Assembly (NCBI GenBank): GCA_002633005.1
Contig: NMRA01000149.1
Coordinates: forward strand, 564,192-628,191
Length of the DNA stretch: 64,000 nucleotides
Direction of reading: 5' to 3'
Source of the DNA: Phoronis australis
Lineage: Eukaryota; Animalia; Phoronida
Part shown: piece after piece, positions 12,001-27,000 of the stretch
Numbering within the stretch: position 1 is the first letter of the stretch
How the letters are laid out: the number at the start of each line of letters is the position of its first letter
Program-made: the position numbers and the translations under genes
Notes under the pieces: model-generated
The model's input: the letters and a program-made list of their open reading frames with translations, nothing else
Told to the model about the DNA's origin: nothing
Database searches by the model: none

Positions 12001-15000
12001 AGATCCAACAACCACTGTGCCTCATAGTGGAAATACAATTCTTTCCATTTTCTTCTGTATCTTTGGAGATCCTGGCTGGATATTTAGGAAATATGGCATA
12101 TAGATTTCTATTAAAGAGGCGATGACATCTTTCTGTTTTATAGATTTGACGAAGTCCATGCCACTTAAACGTCGTTTTTGATACTTTTTGGTCTGTTTTT
12201 GGCGTCCGCCTCTCTGTCTGTCTGCCAAATCACTCTCAGGATGATTATGAAAATTGCCATATATATGTTCTTACTAGGAAGAGAACTTCTGACGATGATT
12301 TTTGGATGGCATTGACTACTGTGGCTCATCCTAGTAGCAATTTTGTGTTCTTTGCGGCCGTGGCTATATCACCTAAACCCTATGCACTATCTTTGTTAAC
12401 TTTGGTGAATGTATAATTTGTATGTAGGGGACAACAGATGACGTTCAGACAGATTCGACTACTGCTATGTGGCCTCCAGTGACAATTTAATTTTTTTCTG
12501 TTTTCCCCTGTTTCTGAGTTTTATGATGTACTTTTATGAATTTTGGCAAATAGGCTTATTAATGAGGTGATGACACCTTCCGTTTTCAGATGTATTTGAC
12601 ATAGTGTACGCATCCTAGTGGTTAGTTTGTATTGTTTGAGTCTGCTTTTGTCATCTATCTTTCTATCAGCCAAACCACTGAGAATTTTTCTGTAAATTGT
12701 TATATGTATTTCTTCTGGGAAGAGCATGGCTCACTATGATTTGTGGACAGTTTTGCCTACTGTGGTACCCCTGGTGTCAGTTTGCTTATTCCGCATCCAG
12801 AGCTACTTGTCCCTACAGGATTTTTGTGTAATTTGACAAGTGTATTTATATGAACGTGACAACAGATGATGACCTTTAGACCAATGTGCCCCCAGTGCCA
12901 GTTTTAATTTTTTACTGTCTTGTCAGGTGTTTTCCAATTATTGGGGGTGTTGCTGAGTTGCAATGCATCGGTGAAGGCTATTTTAAGTCAAATAGCATTG
13001 CTCCATGTTCAAAATAGTAATCATCCCATGCATCTGCGCTTTATGCGATGCACATGCTGGGCATCACCTTACTCTTTTTAAAATTTTGATGCACGTGGCT
13101 TGCCGTGCTGTTATTTCCACGAGGCAACCTCTCTGTCTGTACTAGTCCTGTGCATGTGACACATTACCTTTATCAAAAACAAGTATTTAGGCAACTAAGA
13201 CCTTCCTAGACTGCTGGTGTGCCCAGCTCCTCAATAATAATTTGCACCCTCTGTTTATCTGTTTAAATGAGGTGCATAGCATATATTTTGACTGCCGGAA
13301 ACAATTCACACAATTTTGTGCAAACTGAAAAGTGTATTCGATGGACATTTCCTGAACAGAAAAACACAGGGTAAGGTTTTTTGTGGTGGCTGAGGAGTGT
13401 ACAAAGATATAACGTGGGAAATCCCTGTGATTCGCTATTTCCTTGCCAAACCTTGCCAAACCATTGCTAAGATGAAGTAATACACTCAAGGGACATCTAG
13501 TGGCCATGTTTCTTTTGTGATGTCTAATTGCAAACTATCATATAAGTTCATTTCTTTACGTCTGCTTTTGTTAACAGTACTCATTTGACGTAATACATCA
13601 ATTTTTATATTGTTTTGATATTCAAATTTGTTTAGCATGTTAGTTGTCATGAAAGTTCTATTTTTAGGCATTCAGTGCATCAGAAAATACACCAGAAAAT
13701 GTCATCCAAAGTGAGTCATCTGAAGAAAAGTTGGTCGCGAGTGACAGTCCTCATGAGTCATCGAACATCAAGTGTGATGTTGCTGCTGATAACAAAACAT
13801 TGGATAATATTCCAAAAAAGTAAGTTTTGCAGTTCCTCTAGTTTCAAAATTGTTTTCATTATTGTAATATAATACATCCTATTATTAGGTCCTACGAGAC
13901 CCATATATTTCATTGAAAATTTTATTTAGCTTTGCTGTGTGTCAATGAGGTAGACATTCAGCTTGTTGTCGAAGTTGCTGTCTGTTTACGCTTAAAGTAA
14001 CAATAAAGTGGCATTAGGTTACAGAATATTGTGAGTTTAAGCCTAGTCATTAATTAAGTACACACAAACTCTTCCCACCTTTTTTGAAATGGAAAGTACA
14101 TTTTGCATTTGTACATGTCTTCAGATTGCTTCATTAATATCTTTCAAATAATGGATAACACATGACATCTTTACAACCAAGGCTGTGTATGCCACTAGTC
14201 TTAAAAGTTTTCTTCTGCTGGGTTTTTAATGCCCATCTGTAACAGCCATTTTGCTTTTTGCTCAATATAAGTCATTCTTGGCTTCAAAAATGCATGTTGC
14301 GATTTTCACTTAGTCACAGAAAACCAATTTCTTGACTGTCACAGGTTGGAAACGATTCCAGTTATAGTGTCCTAAACCCCAGTCATGGACCAGCAAACAG
14401 CAAATCCGTGGTACAAATTCTAGATTTATGCCCCTATACTCTGCATGTATGCTGAAAGTGCTCCATAACCGTTGATCAAATTACATAACTCAGAGTCCAG
14501 GTGAGGAATCTGATCTCCGAGTATCGTGTTGGGTAACTGGCTATGGAGCATTACCACTGTGCTTCTGGATTAAGGGACATGGGTCTTGGATGTATACCAT
14601 GGTTTTGGTGTTTGCTTGTCCGGGACTGATGTTTTGGGTATGGTAGCTGTGATAAATTGCAATATTGAAAGATTAAGTGGTTCTCTAACACTGAAACAGA
14701 ATTCAACCTGCTCACCAGGTATTTTTACATATTTTTCGTAAATACTTTTAATTTCTGTTGATATCAAAGCATTTTCTTTTAGTTTCAAATTTCCAAAAAT
14801 CGATCTGTCGATTGCTCACCACTTTGTTGATTTTTCGCCCACAAGGCATAGCACATTTTCCTTATAAGGAAAACGTGACATTTTACCTCTAACGACTTCA
14901 AGCATCTGACTGTCATAGGTGGGAGGGACATTAGAAATTCTGTGGTAACCACAGTTTTTTCTTCGCTCGTACTTCAAAGATCATGAATTGTATGATTTTT

Positions 15001-18000
15001 TCTAGAAATTTCCTCATAGGAGAAAGTTGGTTACTCCGTACTAGACGTTGCGAGGTGGTACTTTCGTCAAGAATTGTTTAAAAGATAAAAAAATATATTT
15101 TGATGGCCTTTCGCGTTCCATGCCTCTTTAAGTAGTTAGATTTTCACTTCTTTTCTGCAGTTTTTGTTGATTATTTGTTTCCATTTCATTTTAGACACAT
15201 AACTGAAACCAAGGAATTGAGTGATTCTGATGAACTCAACCTGAACTCACCAGAGCCAAGGGAGCAAAGTAACCTAGGAGACGAGGCCATCAAAGAAGTT
15301 TCACCTGCAGATAAACCAGCTGTTGCAGAGTCCAACGACTCACTGCTCGATGATTCTTGCTTGGATGAAGAAGACGATGAGAATTTAAAGGAAGGAGACA
15401 ATACTAATGAGGTGGATCACTCAACAGAGGGCTCTAGTGACCAGACACTTTCTGATATTCCTGGTGAAAAAACAGATGAACAAACCAAGATGAAGCAGGC
15501 AGCTGAAGATCATACTGAGCAGATGTCTGATACTGAAGCCGTCAATGAGCAGACAATATTTGGCCAACAGAAGGATGAGGGGTATCAAGATATAGGTGAC
15601 GAGAAAGAACCAATTAACAAAGCAGATATGTCAGAAATGGAACATAAGGTGACGACCCAAAAGCCAACTTGCTTTAGCATTGGACAAATGGCCAATGATG
15701 ATGGCAAAAGCCAAGATGTGGATTTAAAGGAAGCTCAATCCTCTGATGACATAACAAGTAGATTGGAAGAGAACATTGTCTCTGCCAACAAGCCACCAGC
15801 CTTTAGTTCTGAGCAGGGAAGAGCAGACGAAAATATGGATTCAACCGAAAATTGCGGAAGTGCGGCTGAAGGAGGAGATAGTGACTCAACTTCAGGACAG
15901 ACTACGGGTATCTTTGGAGGAAAGGCCATGGATGTGCAGGAGGAGGAAGAAGCTATGGAAGTTGGTGATGAACGAGAAACAATTGACACATTTAAGGTTG
16001 TGGATACGAGTGAACAGTGTGACCCTAAAGATACAGAGTTAAAAGTGTCAGGAGATGAATCTGGCAAGACTGTCAAGCAACCAGCTTCTGACACTGCAGG
16101 GATGGAAGCAATCTCAAGGGTAAATGAAACAGCTAATGACGAATGTGATAAGAGCAAAATCACTGATATCACCACTGGTGTCTGCGATGGTGATGGTGCT
16201 GTTGAGAGCATAAAATTAAATGAAACTGCAATAGTAGATAACAAGGATTCAAACAAATCTGGTGTGGTTGTGGGTGAAGACACTGAAATGACACATGTGG
16301 ACACGCAAGGCTCAAAAGGACACAGTGAAGAGGCAAGCAAGAGCTCTGGGAAGGACAAGAAAGAACCTGAAAGTTCTGATAGCAAAGGTAAATTGGAAAA
16401 TTAAATGATAAATAATAAAAAGGAAATTTATTGTTACGTGTTCTTGTGTTATTTAAATTGTTGGTAGTATGCTTTCTATGGGCAGTAACAATATTCATCA
16501 ATTTGACTCAAACAGTCTGAAGAAGATCATAAAATCGTGTGAAAATAGGACATTTTAATAGGGCTAAATCCTGTGAATGTTTCAGAGCTCTTGGGTATTG
16601 ATGTCCATACTGGAATATTTTCTTCAGATGAATCAAAAGAGCTCAAGGACACTGTTGATAATGAGACTAACGCTGGAGATGTTGAAATGACGAGCCTCGC
16701 TGAGGGTGATAATGCATGCCAACAAACGGGGCAGCAAGACATGGATGCCGATGACGATTTCTTGGAAACTCCCATCAGCTGCACTGTTTCTGAGAAAGAT
16801 GCTACCAATGCTAAAGAGGCGGAAAGTGCAGATGACATCATCGCTGCTATTGATAATTTGGATGGGACGACAAAGGATAGTGGAGCTTCTGCCAAGAATG
16901 GTGAGTTCCTGTAACTTGGTATGCCTATGTTTTTAAAGGGACAGTCAGCCTGAACTAGAACGCCATGAAGTAAGCTAATATATTCTACAAACTTTTTCAG
17001 AATTGTCCGTTCCTTCATGGCAATTGGTTTCTACCATGAAAGGAACGAAGTGGCCCAATTTTGGAAGGGATTGCCAGTGCTCTCCATCACATTTTGCAAT
17101 TCGGTCTTATTTTCCTGAATTTTTGTTCTCGATTTTCACCCATCCATGTTTGGAAATATCCTTTGTGCAACCCTTCCTACATTTTCAAGGAGATTTCTAC
17201 CAAATTTTCAAAAAAGGATGCTTACAAAGCGCCATGCGATTTGTCTGTGTCATTTTCTGATTACCACCATATTTTCCGGAATTTTAGCTTACTGTTGATT
17301 TCCATGCGTCCTTGTTGGGAAATGCTCTTCTGTGTGCAACTCTTACTGCGTTTTAATGTGGATTTTGACCAAGGTTTCAAAACAGTATGCCTATGAAGTG
17401 CCTTAGCGCATATTGTCGGTATTTTGCTCCGTGTTGGAAAATGCTCATCTGAGTGCAGCCCCTTACAAGATATTCAGCAGAGGATATTGCTGTCTGTGAC
17501 TCCCTCATACTGCTGCAATTGGTAACACAAGTTGATCAGTATAGCAGCTGTGAACTGAAAATGTGACACTTAGTTGTTTTATTAATGTTGTTAATATGCT
17601 GTGTGAAGGTATTTTCAAAAACAAAGTCTTCTTTTTGAATACAACAGTTTTTGAATTTTGTCTTCAGTTAGTTGTAATCTCCAACTTATTAACAGATGTA
17701 GCTGTGGATTCTGGGTCCACATCGACTGCTGGGCTAAATACCTCATCCAACATCCTAAATAAAGATAAGGAGGTAAGTTGAACATTTATGTATGGCTGTT
17801 CATATGTTTGGTTTCATCTTTTTCGTTAGCAGTTCTCTTTGCATGAGCGTGATACATCTGCACCTTATTATTATTACTTGCAATGTGAGTGCTTACATGT
17901 TGAATTCGTAAATATTTCCAGCTTTTTCTCTGATTGAAACCAAGAGTCACTGGTTGAACATGGTACACTCAGCATTAAAGGAGAATGCCACCCAAAAAAC

Positions 18001-21000
18001 AACCTATTTTGTATCAATTTAGATCGAGTAGTTCCACGCGATAACAGCAAGTTCAGTTGTTTTACCTGACACCTAACGGCAGAGGGAGTGTTAACCAATG
18101 ACGTAATCGGTTCGAATGCAGTCTGTTCAGCCATTCACAACATGCTTACTGGTTTCAACTTATTGCTTGAATTCATCGTTTTTCACTAATAAATCAACAA
18201 AATTTGATGTAAACCCCTTTCATCGAGTTCTTGAACAAACATGTTTTATTTTACTGTTATGGATTTATAGGTGTTTGAACGTACCGTAGCCCACAGAGTT
18301 CGGTAGGTCAATTTACCATGGTCGATCGCAGGAGTTTAGGTATGTTTGGTGATAAATTCGAATCATTCTTCCGTGAAATATAGACGGGGGAACAGCTGTG
18401 TGTTGCACTTTGAAACTTGCGATTTTATCAGTTCTTAACACACAAAAAGCTTGTTACTCCCCACCAGTGGCTCGGAACCCGATCAGACCTGTCGCGGCTG
18501 CCGGGACTGGACATCACGAACATAAACCAGCTTAAGTTGGAAACTAAACCTCCAGTCATGATAAGACTATAATAGTGAGCCAAAGAAATAATGTGCACGT
18601 AATTGTTTAGGTGAATTGGCCACAAAATTGAAAATCTACTTACTTGTCGTGGGCTGCGAAGTCAGGTTTCCCTTCCACAGAACCGTCAGGGCAAAGGTTG
18701 TACAGTAACAACGATTTGAATAATGTATTTGTATATCTTAGTAAAGATTCCCCTAAGATGTGACCATAGCATATAAAATCGAGTTATTGTTTCACAACAG
18801 CTTTCTGTCAGCAAACACTGAATTAGCATGCGCTCAAACGGCCTCGGTACCCGGTCAATTACCTTTATTGCATCTAAATCCGGTAACGCAGTGATTTATT
18901 CATTTCTGGCTTCTCAAAACATTTGCAAAGGCATTACAAATTGTATCTAATGAGACAGACTTTGTTCTAGTTTTATATAAGCATTGGTTACGCAGAATAA
19001 TAAACGTCTACATGGCAACTTGCCCGGCACCTATCCCAACTTAGTCGAGAGCTCATCCGACAAAGACTTCACGGGTGGGATCGTTAGGTTTCACAGGCTA
19101 TGAGTTCAAACTGGAATACACTGATCAAGAAATACTAGAGGGGCGCCGTGAACATACACAGGCAACGGAACATATGGATAGTTCTTTGGTAAGCCGGAAT
19201 TTGTCAGAGAAATCACTGTCGATGAAATGGCGGCCAAAGACATGGAGATGTTGCATGGCATCTTATTTGCTATTAACAGCGTACTTTTCATTCTTCACTG
19301 CCACGAGCCACTTCCTAAGCATTTCGGGCTCTCGAGGAAGTCGAAAAAACCCACTTTCTTAGCAGCTTCATAGTTCGGACAAGCGGGAATGATGTACCGC
19401 AATATAGCGGCATTCACTCTGCAGATGAACCACTGAATTCGCTGCGTTGTTTCTCACCTTCCTCACAGGTAAACGTAACACCTCTCGGCAAGGTGAGGTC
19501 GGTCATATAAGGGGCGATGTGGACATAGACCGATTAAGACGGTAAAAAACACTAATTAAATCTGGTGGCATTCTCCTTTAATTGATGTTTGGTCTATGAT
19601 AACCTGATTTTGCTTAAGGGTAGATTTTCAGCTGCCACTTCACGTCATTGATGGCCAATCTGTGCATGGTGTATTTCAGAAGCAGCAGCCCTCCACCCAA
19701 CTGCCTGTTCAGAAAATTAAACAGGAGCCTAAGGATACAAGTGAGAGTATGCAGGTAAAACTATCTGTTCAAGGGCTGCTCTGAGGTCCTACGTGAAAAG
19801 TGATCGTACAAAACAAAACGGAATTATTCATCATGTTTGCTGAAAGGGACCGAAATATACTATTCTAGTAGCTGTCGGTCACGATTGGGAACTTTTTATT
19901 GGGAACATGCTTGATACTATTTTTATTGGGAACATGCTTGATACTATTTTTATTGGGAACATGCTTGATACTATTTTTATTGGGAACATGCTTGATACTA
20001 TTTTTATTGGGAACATGCTTGATACTATTTTTATTGGGAACATGCTTGATACTATTTTTAGCGAAATGATGAGTCGGCTAAAGGAGTGAGCCGTCATGAC
20101 GACCAAACGTAATTTAGTCTGATTACTGATTTCTAACTAGTTGATGGGTGGTCTTGATTTTTGGGGTTTGCTAAGATTGTACCTTTTTTGGACAAATTTT
20201 TCCTAAAAAGGCATGATCATGTGACCCAGTTATGGGCAGATGGGTATAAAGTCATAAATTAAATTCTACAGTACAGACTTTCTACTTTCCGAAAATGTAT
20301 ACTTTTCTGAATGCACAGACTCGTCCACAGGTCCTATGTGACCATAATATTTTCCATGTTCTTCTATGGATCTTCATGAAATTTATTCTTTGTGTTCCTG
20401 TTGAGGAGAGCCTGCACAGCTGATGTTGGTTTTCGTATGGATCTGACTACAGTGGAAGTGTTTGGAGAAATGAGCACTATTTATCACTTTACTGTAAAAG
20501 TTTGTGATGCACACGGTGGGTGCATATCTACATTCTGGGTTGGTTTTGTGCTTTTTTTATACCAATGTTTGTATAGTGAACACTCTGACAAGTATGTTTG
20601 CCATTTTGGGTATGTGTAGCCATTCATTAAGCATCTGAAAAAAGCAAATTATAGCAATGACACTGTTGCCAAATTTTTTGTTGTTAAATAGAATGAAATT
20701 GTAATGCTTGCACCTTTAGTAATTACTGACATTGCCAAGTCAAGTGGATCCTGTCAACAGCCTTTCATTCATTGTTAGATCGTTCATCTGTTCATGTTCA
20801 TGTGGGAACTGCCAACAATCATTGGTTGTCAGAGCACTTATCTATCCATTTTCATGTGGGTGTTGCAATCATTCGCTCATTTTTAGGGCGTTCATCATTT
20901 TTATACTTTCCAAACAATGTAGGGAGTTGCTGCAGACGTGGTCAACGAGTACCTTGGCATTATGGGAATGGACAAGCTGGAAACGGAAGAACAGAATAAG

Positions 21001-24000
21001 TTACAAGTCGCACCAAAATTCACAGGTAGTTGCCATCACTTTTTGCTGTTGTTATGAGTGCTGGTCTAGCTTTCTGGGGACAGAATTTTCAGTGGCCGAG
21101 AACTTGACTTCTTTTTAATACTTAAACCAAGTTGGGATGATGCAGCACACACTCCAGTGTCTCCATCTGACTGACACTACTACTTGGTCAGAAATGTCCT
21201 CGCCTAAGTTGGGCATATTGAATGAATTTTCCTGATCAGTTAAGTATTGTCAGTATGTTCATGCATCTGCAGTAGCATGTAAGTACCAAGTAATCTTGGA
21301 ACAAGCTGGTGTTGAACATTAAAAAATGTGAATGTGAACTTTCACACTGCTCGTGTGTATAGAATTTGAATTCATACTTATGTCAGGACTTGAATTCTCT
21401 AAAGGTTTTGTGCAGTTTTGGTTGATGGTGGCATTTTAGAGACCCTCGTGGTTTTTAAACTTTGAATTTGTAACATTTAGTAGTGTATTTTGCCACTGCT
21501 ATCCCAATGAAAATTTTCTGGTGGATGCCTTGTGTTGCAGAGTTTGGTGTGTGAATAGACTGGTGAAGGTGGCTGGATTCTTTGTTGCAGAGTTTGGTGT
21601 GTGAATAGACTGGTGAAGGTGGCTGGATTCTTTGTTGCAGAGTTTGGTTGAATAGACNNNNNNNNNNNNNNNNNNNNNNNNNNNNNNNNNNNNNNNNNNN
21701 NNNNNNNNNNNNNNNNNNNNNNNNNNNNNNNNNNNNNNNNNNNNNNNNNNNNNNNNNNNNNNNNNNNNNNNNNNNNNNNNNNNNNNNNNNNNNNNNNNNN
21801 NNNNNNNNNNNNNNNNNNNNNNNNNNNNNNNNNNNNNTGAATAGACTGGTGAGGGTGGCTGGATTCTTTGTTGCAGAGTTTGGTGTGTGAATAGACTGGT
21901 GAGGGTGGCTGGATTCTTTGTTGCAGAGTTTGGTGTGTGAATAGACTGGTGAGGGTGGCTGGATTCTTTGTTGCAGAGTTTGGTGTGTGAATAGACTGGT
22001 GAAGGTGGCTGGATTCTTTGTTGCAGAGTTTGGTGTGTGAATAGACTGGTGAAGGTGGCTGGATTCTTTGTTGCAGAGTTTGGTGTGTGAATAGACTGGT
22101 GAAGGTGGCTGGATTCTTTGTTGCTTTTTATTTTAGGAGCCATGAAAAAAGAGGTAACCAGCTCAGGAAAAGAGAAAGAGAAACCGAAAGGAGGGGAATC
22201 GCCACAGAAGAAGCAGCAGAAGTGTATTGTGTGTCAGAAGGTAGGCAAGGCTTTGCTTTTTTGTTGTTCTCTAGAAAAATGGGTGGAGGAATTCAAGTAA
22301 CGTTCCTAAACCAATTGTCAATCTTTGTACATTTCTTTTTAAATGTATTTTCTTCACTCACTGTCTGATACCCTTAACATTTCTTTAAACACACTTTTGT
22401 ACGGTCTAATTTGGGAGTTGTTTGGGACTTCAAATTCATAGCAAAGCTTCATCTTCCTTTTGATTCTCGACACTTTTGGCAGTTTTGACAGCAGATTTCT
22501 CTCCAGTGCTTTGGTCATTTCGCTCACCTGTTTAAAAGTTTATGGCGGAAAGGATGGCATCCTGGATTTTGTAGTTATTTTTTAAAACGTGGAATAAAAT
22601 GGTCATCAAAAATGAAGGTAGAAGACATTTTAAAATGGTACTTTAATGGGTATTCCTAACCTCTGTTGCAGGTCCAAAAGTGCAAGTACAACATTGTACG
22701 TAACGGTGACATCAAGCACCTGTGCGATGACGTCTGCTTCAAGAAGTTTCGCATCAACCCTGTTGAGTACCTCAAGGACTTGTCCAAAACTGCTGCTCCT
22801 CCATTATCTTCTGCCGTAACTAAGCCCACCACATCCTTGAAAACGAGCAAAGATACTTCTGTTGCGACCAAAGGGGTGGAGTGTTGTGAGTGCAAGAAAA
22901 AGTCTGACTTGAAAATAACATGGCACGGCCTTGATTTTTGCAGCGAATCGTGTCTTTACCAGCGTGAGTTGTCGCTGGGTAAAACATGCGCATTTTGCAT
23001 GCAGATGATCGCGACGAGCTCGTTAAGCAAGTATTGTACAAACTCTGGTTCAGGCATCAAACAGTTCTGTCGGTCTGCCTGCCTGGAAGAGTTTAAGAAG
23101 CGTGTTAAACTCTGTAGTTCTTGCAACCGTGACCTGTCCACGTTGGACCATGACAGCTTCATGGCACCTGTCAGTAAGACGGGAGAGTTCCGCGACTTCT
23201 GCACAGAGGTCTGCATGACGAAATATTTGGACAATAGCAAGTATGTTCTCTCATATTGAGTTTAAGGACATTGTTCATTGGTACTATACACGCTGCAGTT
23301 ACGTTGCAGGTTCTATTGCATGTCTTGTCCTCAAAACTCTGGGTGAGGTTCTGTCAGGAATGTTTCCATGTAGAGAATTGTCTGTGTTTTCATGGGATTG
23401 AAGTACTCAAAGTCTTAGCCATTGATCAAAATTTCTTTTGCTTTTCTTGTGTAGAATTTGTTAAAATTCATAATGTGCTTTGTTTTTCTTACCAAGACTG
23501 GTTGGAAGCTATAAACAATATAATTAGTTAATTAGTACTATGAATAATATTGGTGAAGTTAAAAGACTAGGTCCTGCATTGTAACTTGATGGTATCAATT
23601 TCTGTATAAATAAGATGCGCATAACTTACTAATTTGAAAGTATTCTAATTATTGCTTTGTTTTATTAACAGGAACACTTCTGAGACCACTGTGGATATTG
23701 CTTCGCCGGGTCGTCGCACACGTTTGCAGGCAACCGTTGCAAGCTGCGCCAGTTGTGGACGCGCTGTTCCCACAATCCATCAGGTCCTTGTCAATGGCAG
23801 TGTACACAAGATCTGCAGTCAGGGCTGTCTGAACAAGTTCAAGGTTGACCACAGCCTGTCGGAGTTGAAACCTTGTGAGAGTTGCGGGGTGCTGCACGCT
23901 GCTACCCACTGCCACAACACGTTGAACTTCCAGGGTGCATCACATTACTTCTGTACGCCCACTTGTCTTAATGTCTACAAGGGCAATCACACTAAGGTAA

Positions 24001-27000
24001 TCTATTTGTGGTGTATTTTCTTGACTTGAATGTTTTACAGACCTGTGTACCATACGCGAAACATGCGTAGTCAAGCTGAAATTCAAGTTGCGATGTGGAA
24101 GGACACATTGACTACAGGAAACATGCAAGTAAAAGCAACTTGGGTGACCCGTTTCTGTAACTAATGCCTTATTCAAATCCTTTTAATGAGTGTATAGTTG
24201 TAATGTAAGAATATTTGGTTTTGATTTCAAATTCAAAAATTTCTCTTGCTTCATAAAGGTCATATTAAAATTAACTCAGGTTGGCGCAGTGGCAGACTTC
24301 AGGTTATTCGCTGTGTTAGTGAATGACGAGGCCAATTCTGTCGATATTCATGACTTAAAGTGTTAGAACTAAACTCTGTCATTTGCTGATTGCTCATTTC
24401 ATCCAACTTCAGCTATCTGCAGTAAATATCATAGTGTTGCTGTCAAAATAGCTATAAAGTGTGAGATTTAGGTTTCAAAGAAAAATTAGTTGTTGGAGTT
24501 GTGCGCTGGTGTCTGTGCCACCTGCTTACATGTTCACTGGCGTCTGTACCACCTGCTTACATGTTCGCTGGCGTCTGTACCGCATACTTACATGTTCGCT
24601 GGCGTCTGTACCACCTACTTACATGTTCGCTGGTGTCTGTACCACGTACTTACATGTTCGCTGGTGTCTGTGTCACCTATTTACATGTTCGCTGGTGTCT
24701 GTGCCACCTACTTACATGTTTGGTGGTGTCTGTAACCCGTACTTTCAGCATTTCTTCGTCATCGACGGAAATGCACATCAAACTCCCAAATGCTTAAGAT
24801 ACAGGGCAACCATTGATTGCTGGGTTTTGCAATGAGTTGGACTTACTGCTCAGTCTCCGTGTAGTAATAGTGGAAGTGGAAGCATACATAAGTTACGTCT
24901 GCAAATGCACTGACACGTCTGCTAACCAGTCAGTGTCAATTGTATTCGTATCATGTCGTGGTGTTGAGCACTATGTAAATAGTTGCCCTCGGTCTTTTCT
25001 TAATTACAACATTTACTAAGTTGTTTAAAAGGTAAGAAACTTAATACTGTGTCAGGGCTGTTCCAGCAAAATCTGTATGGGAGGGGGGGGAAGGCACTTT
25101 TATTTCGTACCCACCGCCTATATTTTTCATTTATTTCTCCAACCCATGACCCATAATTTTTTAGTTATTTTTAATAGGTTAAAATATAAAATCCAACACT
25201 TGCAAACAAATTGCCTCCAGGAGGACCTGTTAAGAACTTAGATGATTGACAGACAAGAACTAGTTGTCTTGTCCAATATTGTCAAAAACTTATTTAAGTA
25301 ACCTGTGAGCAATACTTTTGGCAGCCACCAGGTGTCTCTGTTCACCATGTGTCTATAATTTCAATGAACATTTTTTCAATTATAAGGATCTATGAATCTC
25401 AAACTGACTCCACGAAATCTTTTATACTTCTATGTCAAGTGAATATTGGAATTGTTTATCTTACTCCTCATACTTTTTATTTAAAAATCATCAATTTTCT
25501 TATATGTGTTAACACCAGTTTAGTGTTGCAAAACTTCAATTCAATGGAACTGCAGACAAACAAGTGGCTTAAATCAAGTTGCCCATGACTTGATTAATGG
25601 CTTAGCTAACATATTGCACTCTGTTCACTGGCAATACCGGCTGAAGTAACCAACCTGTCAACATTAACAGGTCAAAAAATACCACCCATTTTTAATGCAT
25701 CACTTCTTAAAGGAACGACCACCCATAATTTGAGTTTTTTTCTGAACACCACCACCCATGAATTTTTATTTCTACTGCCGTCCCCCCCCTCCCACCCGGA
25801 TTTTACTGGAACAGCCCTCAGCATGCTTTCTCAGGAAGAAGCTGCTTTTAAATATTTCCATAAAAATGTGAAAATTTTCTGAAAAATCTGCATGTCTGTT
25901 AAGCAGAATACTTCGAAGCAGTTTTGGTGGTACACGGGTTTGTTTTGATGAAAGACATGCTACATTAACAAAAATACACCATAGAAAGAAAAACAAGGTG
26001 TCTGGTAATGTTAAGGTAAACATTGGACGGTACTCAAAATATTGTGATGTTTTACTCCTTTATTAGGTGCCTGTAATAAGTATGCTTTATTTTGTTCACT
26101 AAGGTGGTGACCTGCTTATGGTGCAAGATGAAGAAAGTAAACTTTGATATGGTGCAACAGATGGGCCCCAACAACAGTCTTCAGTATTTCTGCACTCTCA
26201 AGTGCCTGTCGATGCAGCGTGTGAAGACGCAGGCTACCTCTAACCAACCCATTAGTTGCGACCACTGCCACAAGGTGACGCCACCGCAGTACCACCTGAC
26301 TATGAGTGATGCGTCAGTGCGTAACTTCTGCTGCTACTCGTGTGTTATGACCTTCCAAAGCCAGTTCCAGACAGGCCCCAGGAAGACATCCCTGCCCCCA
26401 CCCCCACCGTATAAACCTCCGATGACGCGTCCAACACACACCCCTGCCCCTGCCCCTGCCCCTGCCCAGGTGCACCCATACCGAACCATGCCAACACTTC
26501 AGAGAATGCCCCAGCAAGCTTCTCAACCAGGTAAGATTGATAGTTTACCCAACATTCCTATCATTTTTAATGTGAAATTTGCACGCTTCAAGTGTGTGCA
26601 GTTTTTGAAGAAACTGCACAATGGTTGTATTTTATCATATTCTATGCTACCAATCAACAAAATGTTATTTTTGCCTTAATTACATTTGTCGAGAAAACAT
26701 AGACACTTCATCATACAGTGTTTTATTCCCAAGCACTACATCACAGTACCGACTCAACACGAGTAGGGGATTTGCAAGGATTCACCACTTAAATCATTCT
26801 GAAAACATTGAGGAAACTAAGCACTGCTTCAAGTTGGTTTTTAATGACGGAACTAATCACAACAGTATGTGGTTAGCGTGTAAATGGATATTTAAGTTAA
26901 CTAAGGAAATGATACCTTTTGTCTCTCTTTATTCTTCTGTCTGATCCTTGACTTTCCAGATTGATCATAAACAAATAATTGCAGGCGGTCTGACACATCT

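Noticed and set aside
11540-12950. Degenerate internally repetitive tract (similar tracts at about 36330-37180 and 41190-41680)
   Set aside because: Probably old interspersed repeats, but ends and family could not be defined by eye.
15735-16385. 216-aa Ser-rich minus-strand ORF (and 16527-17018)
   Set aside because: Antisense shadows of the acidic ZMYM exons.
21499-22143. 214-aa repetitive ORF
   Set aside because: Artefact of the 50-bp minisatellite and the N gap.
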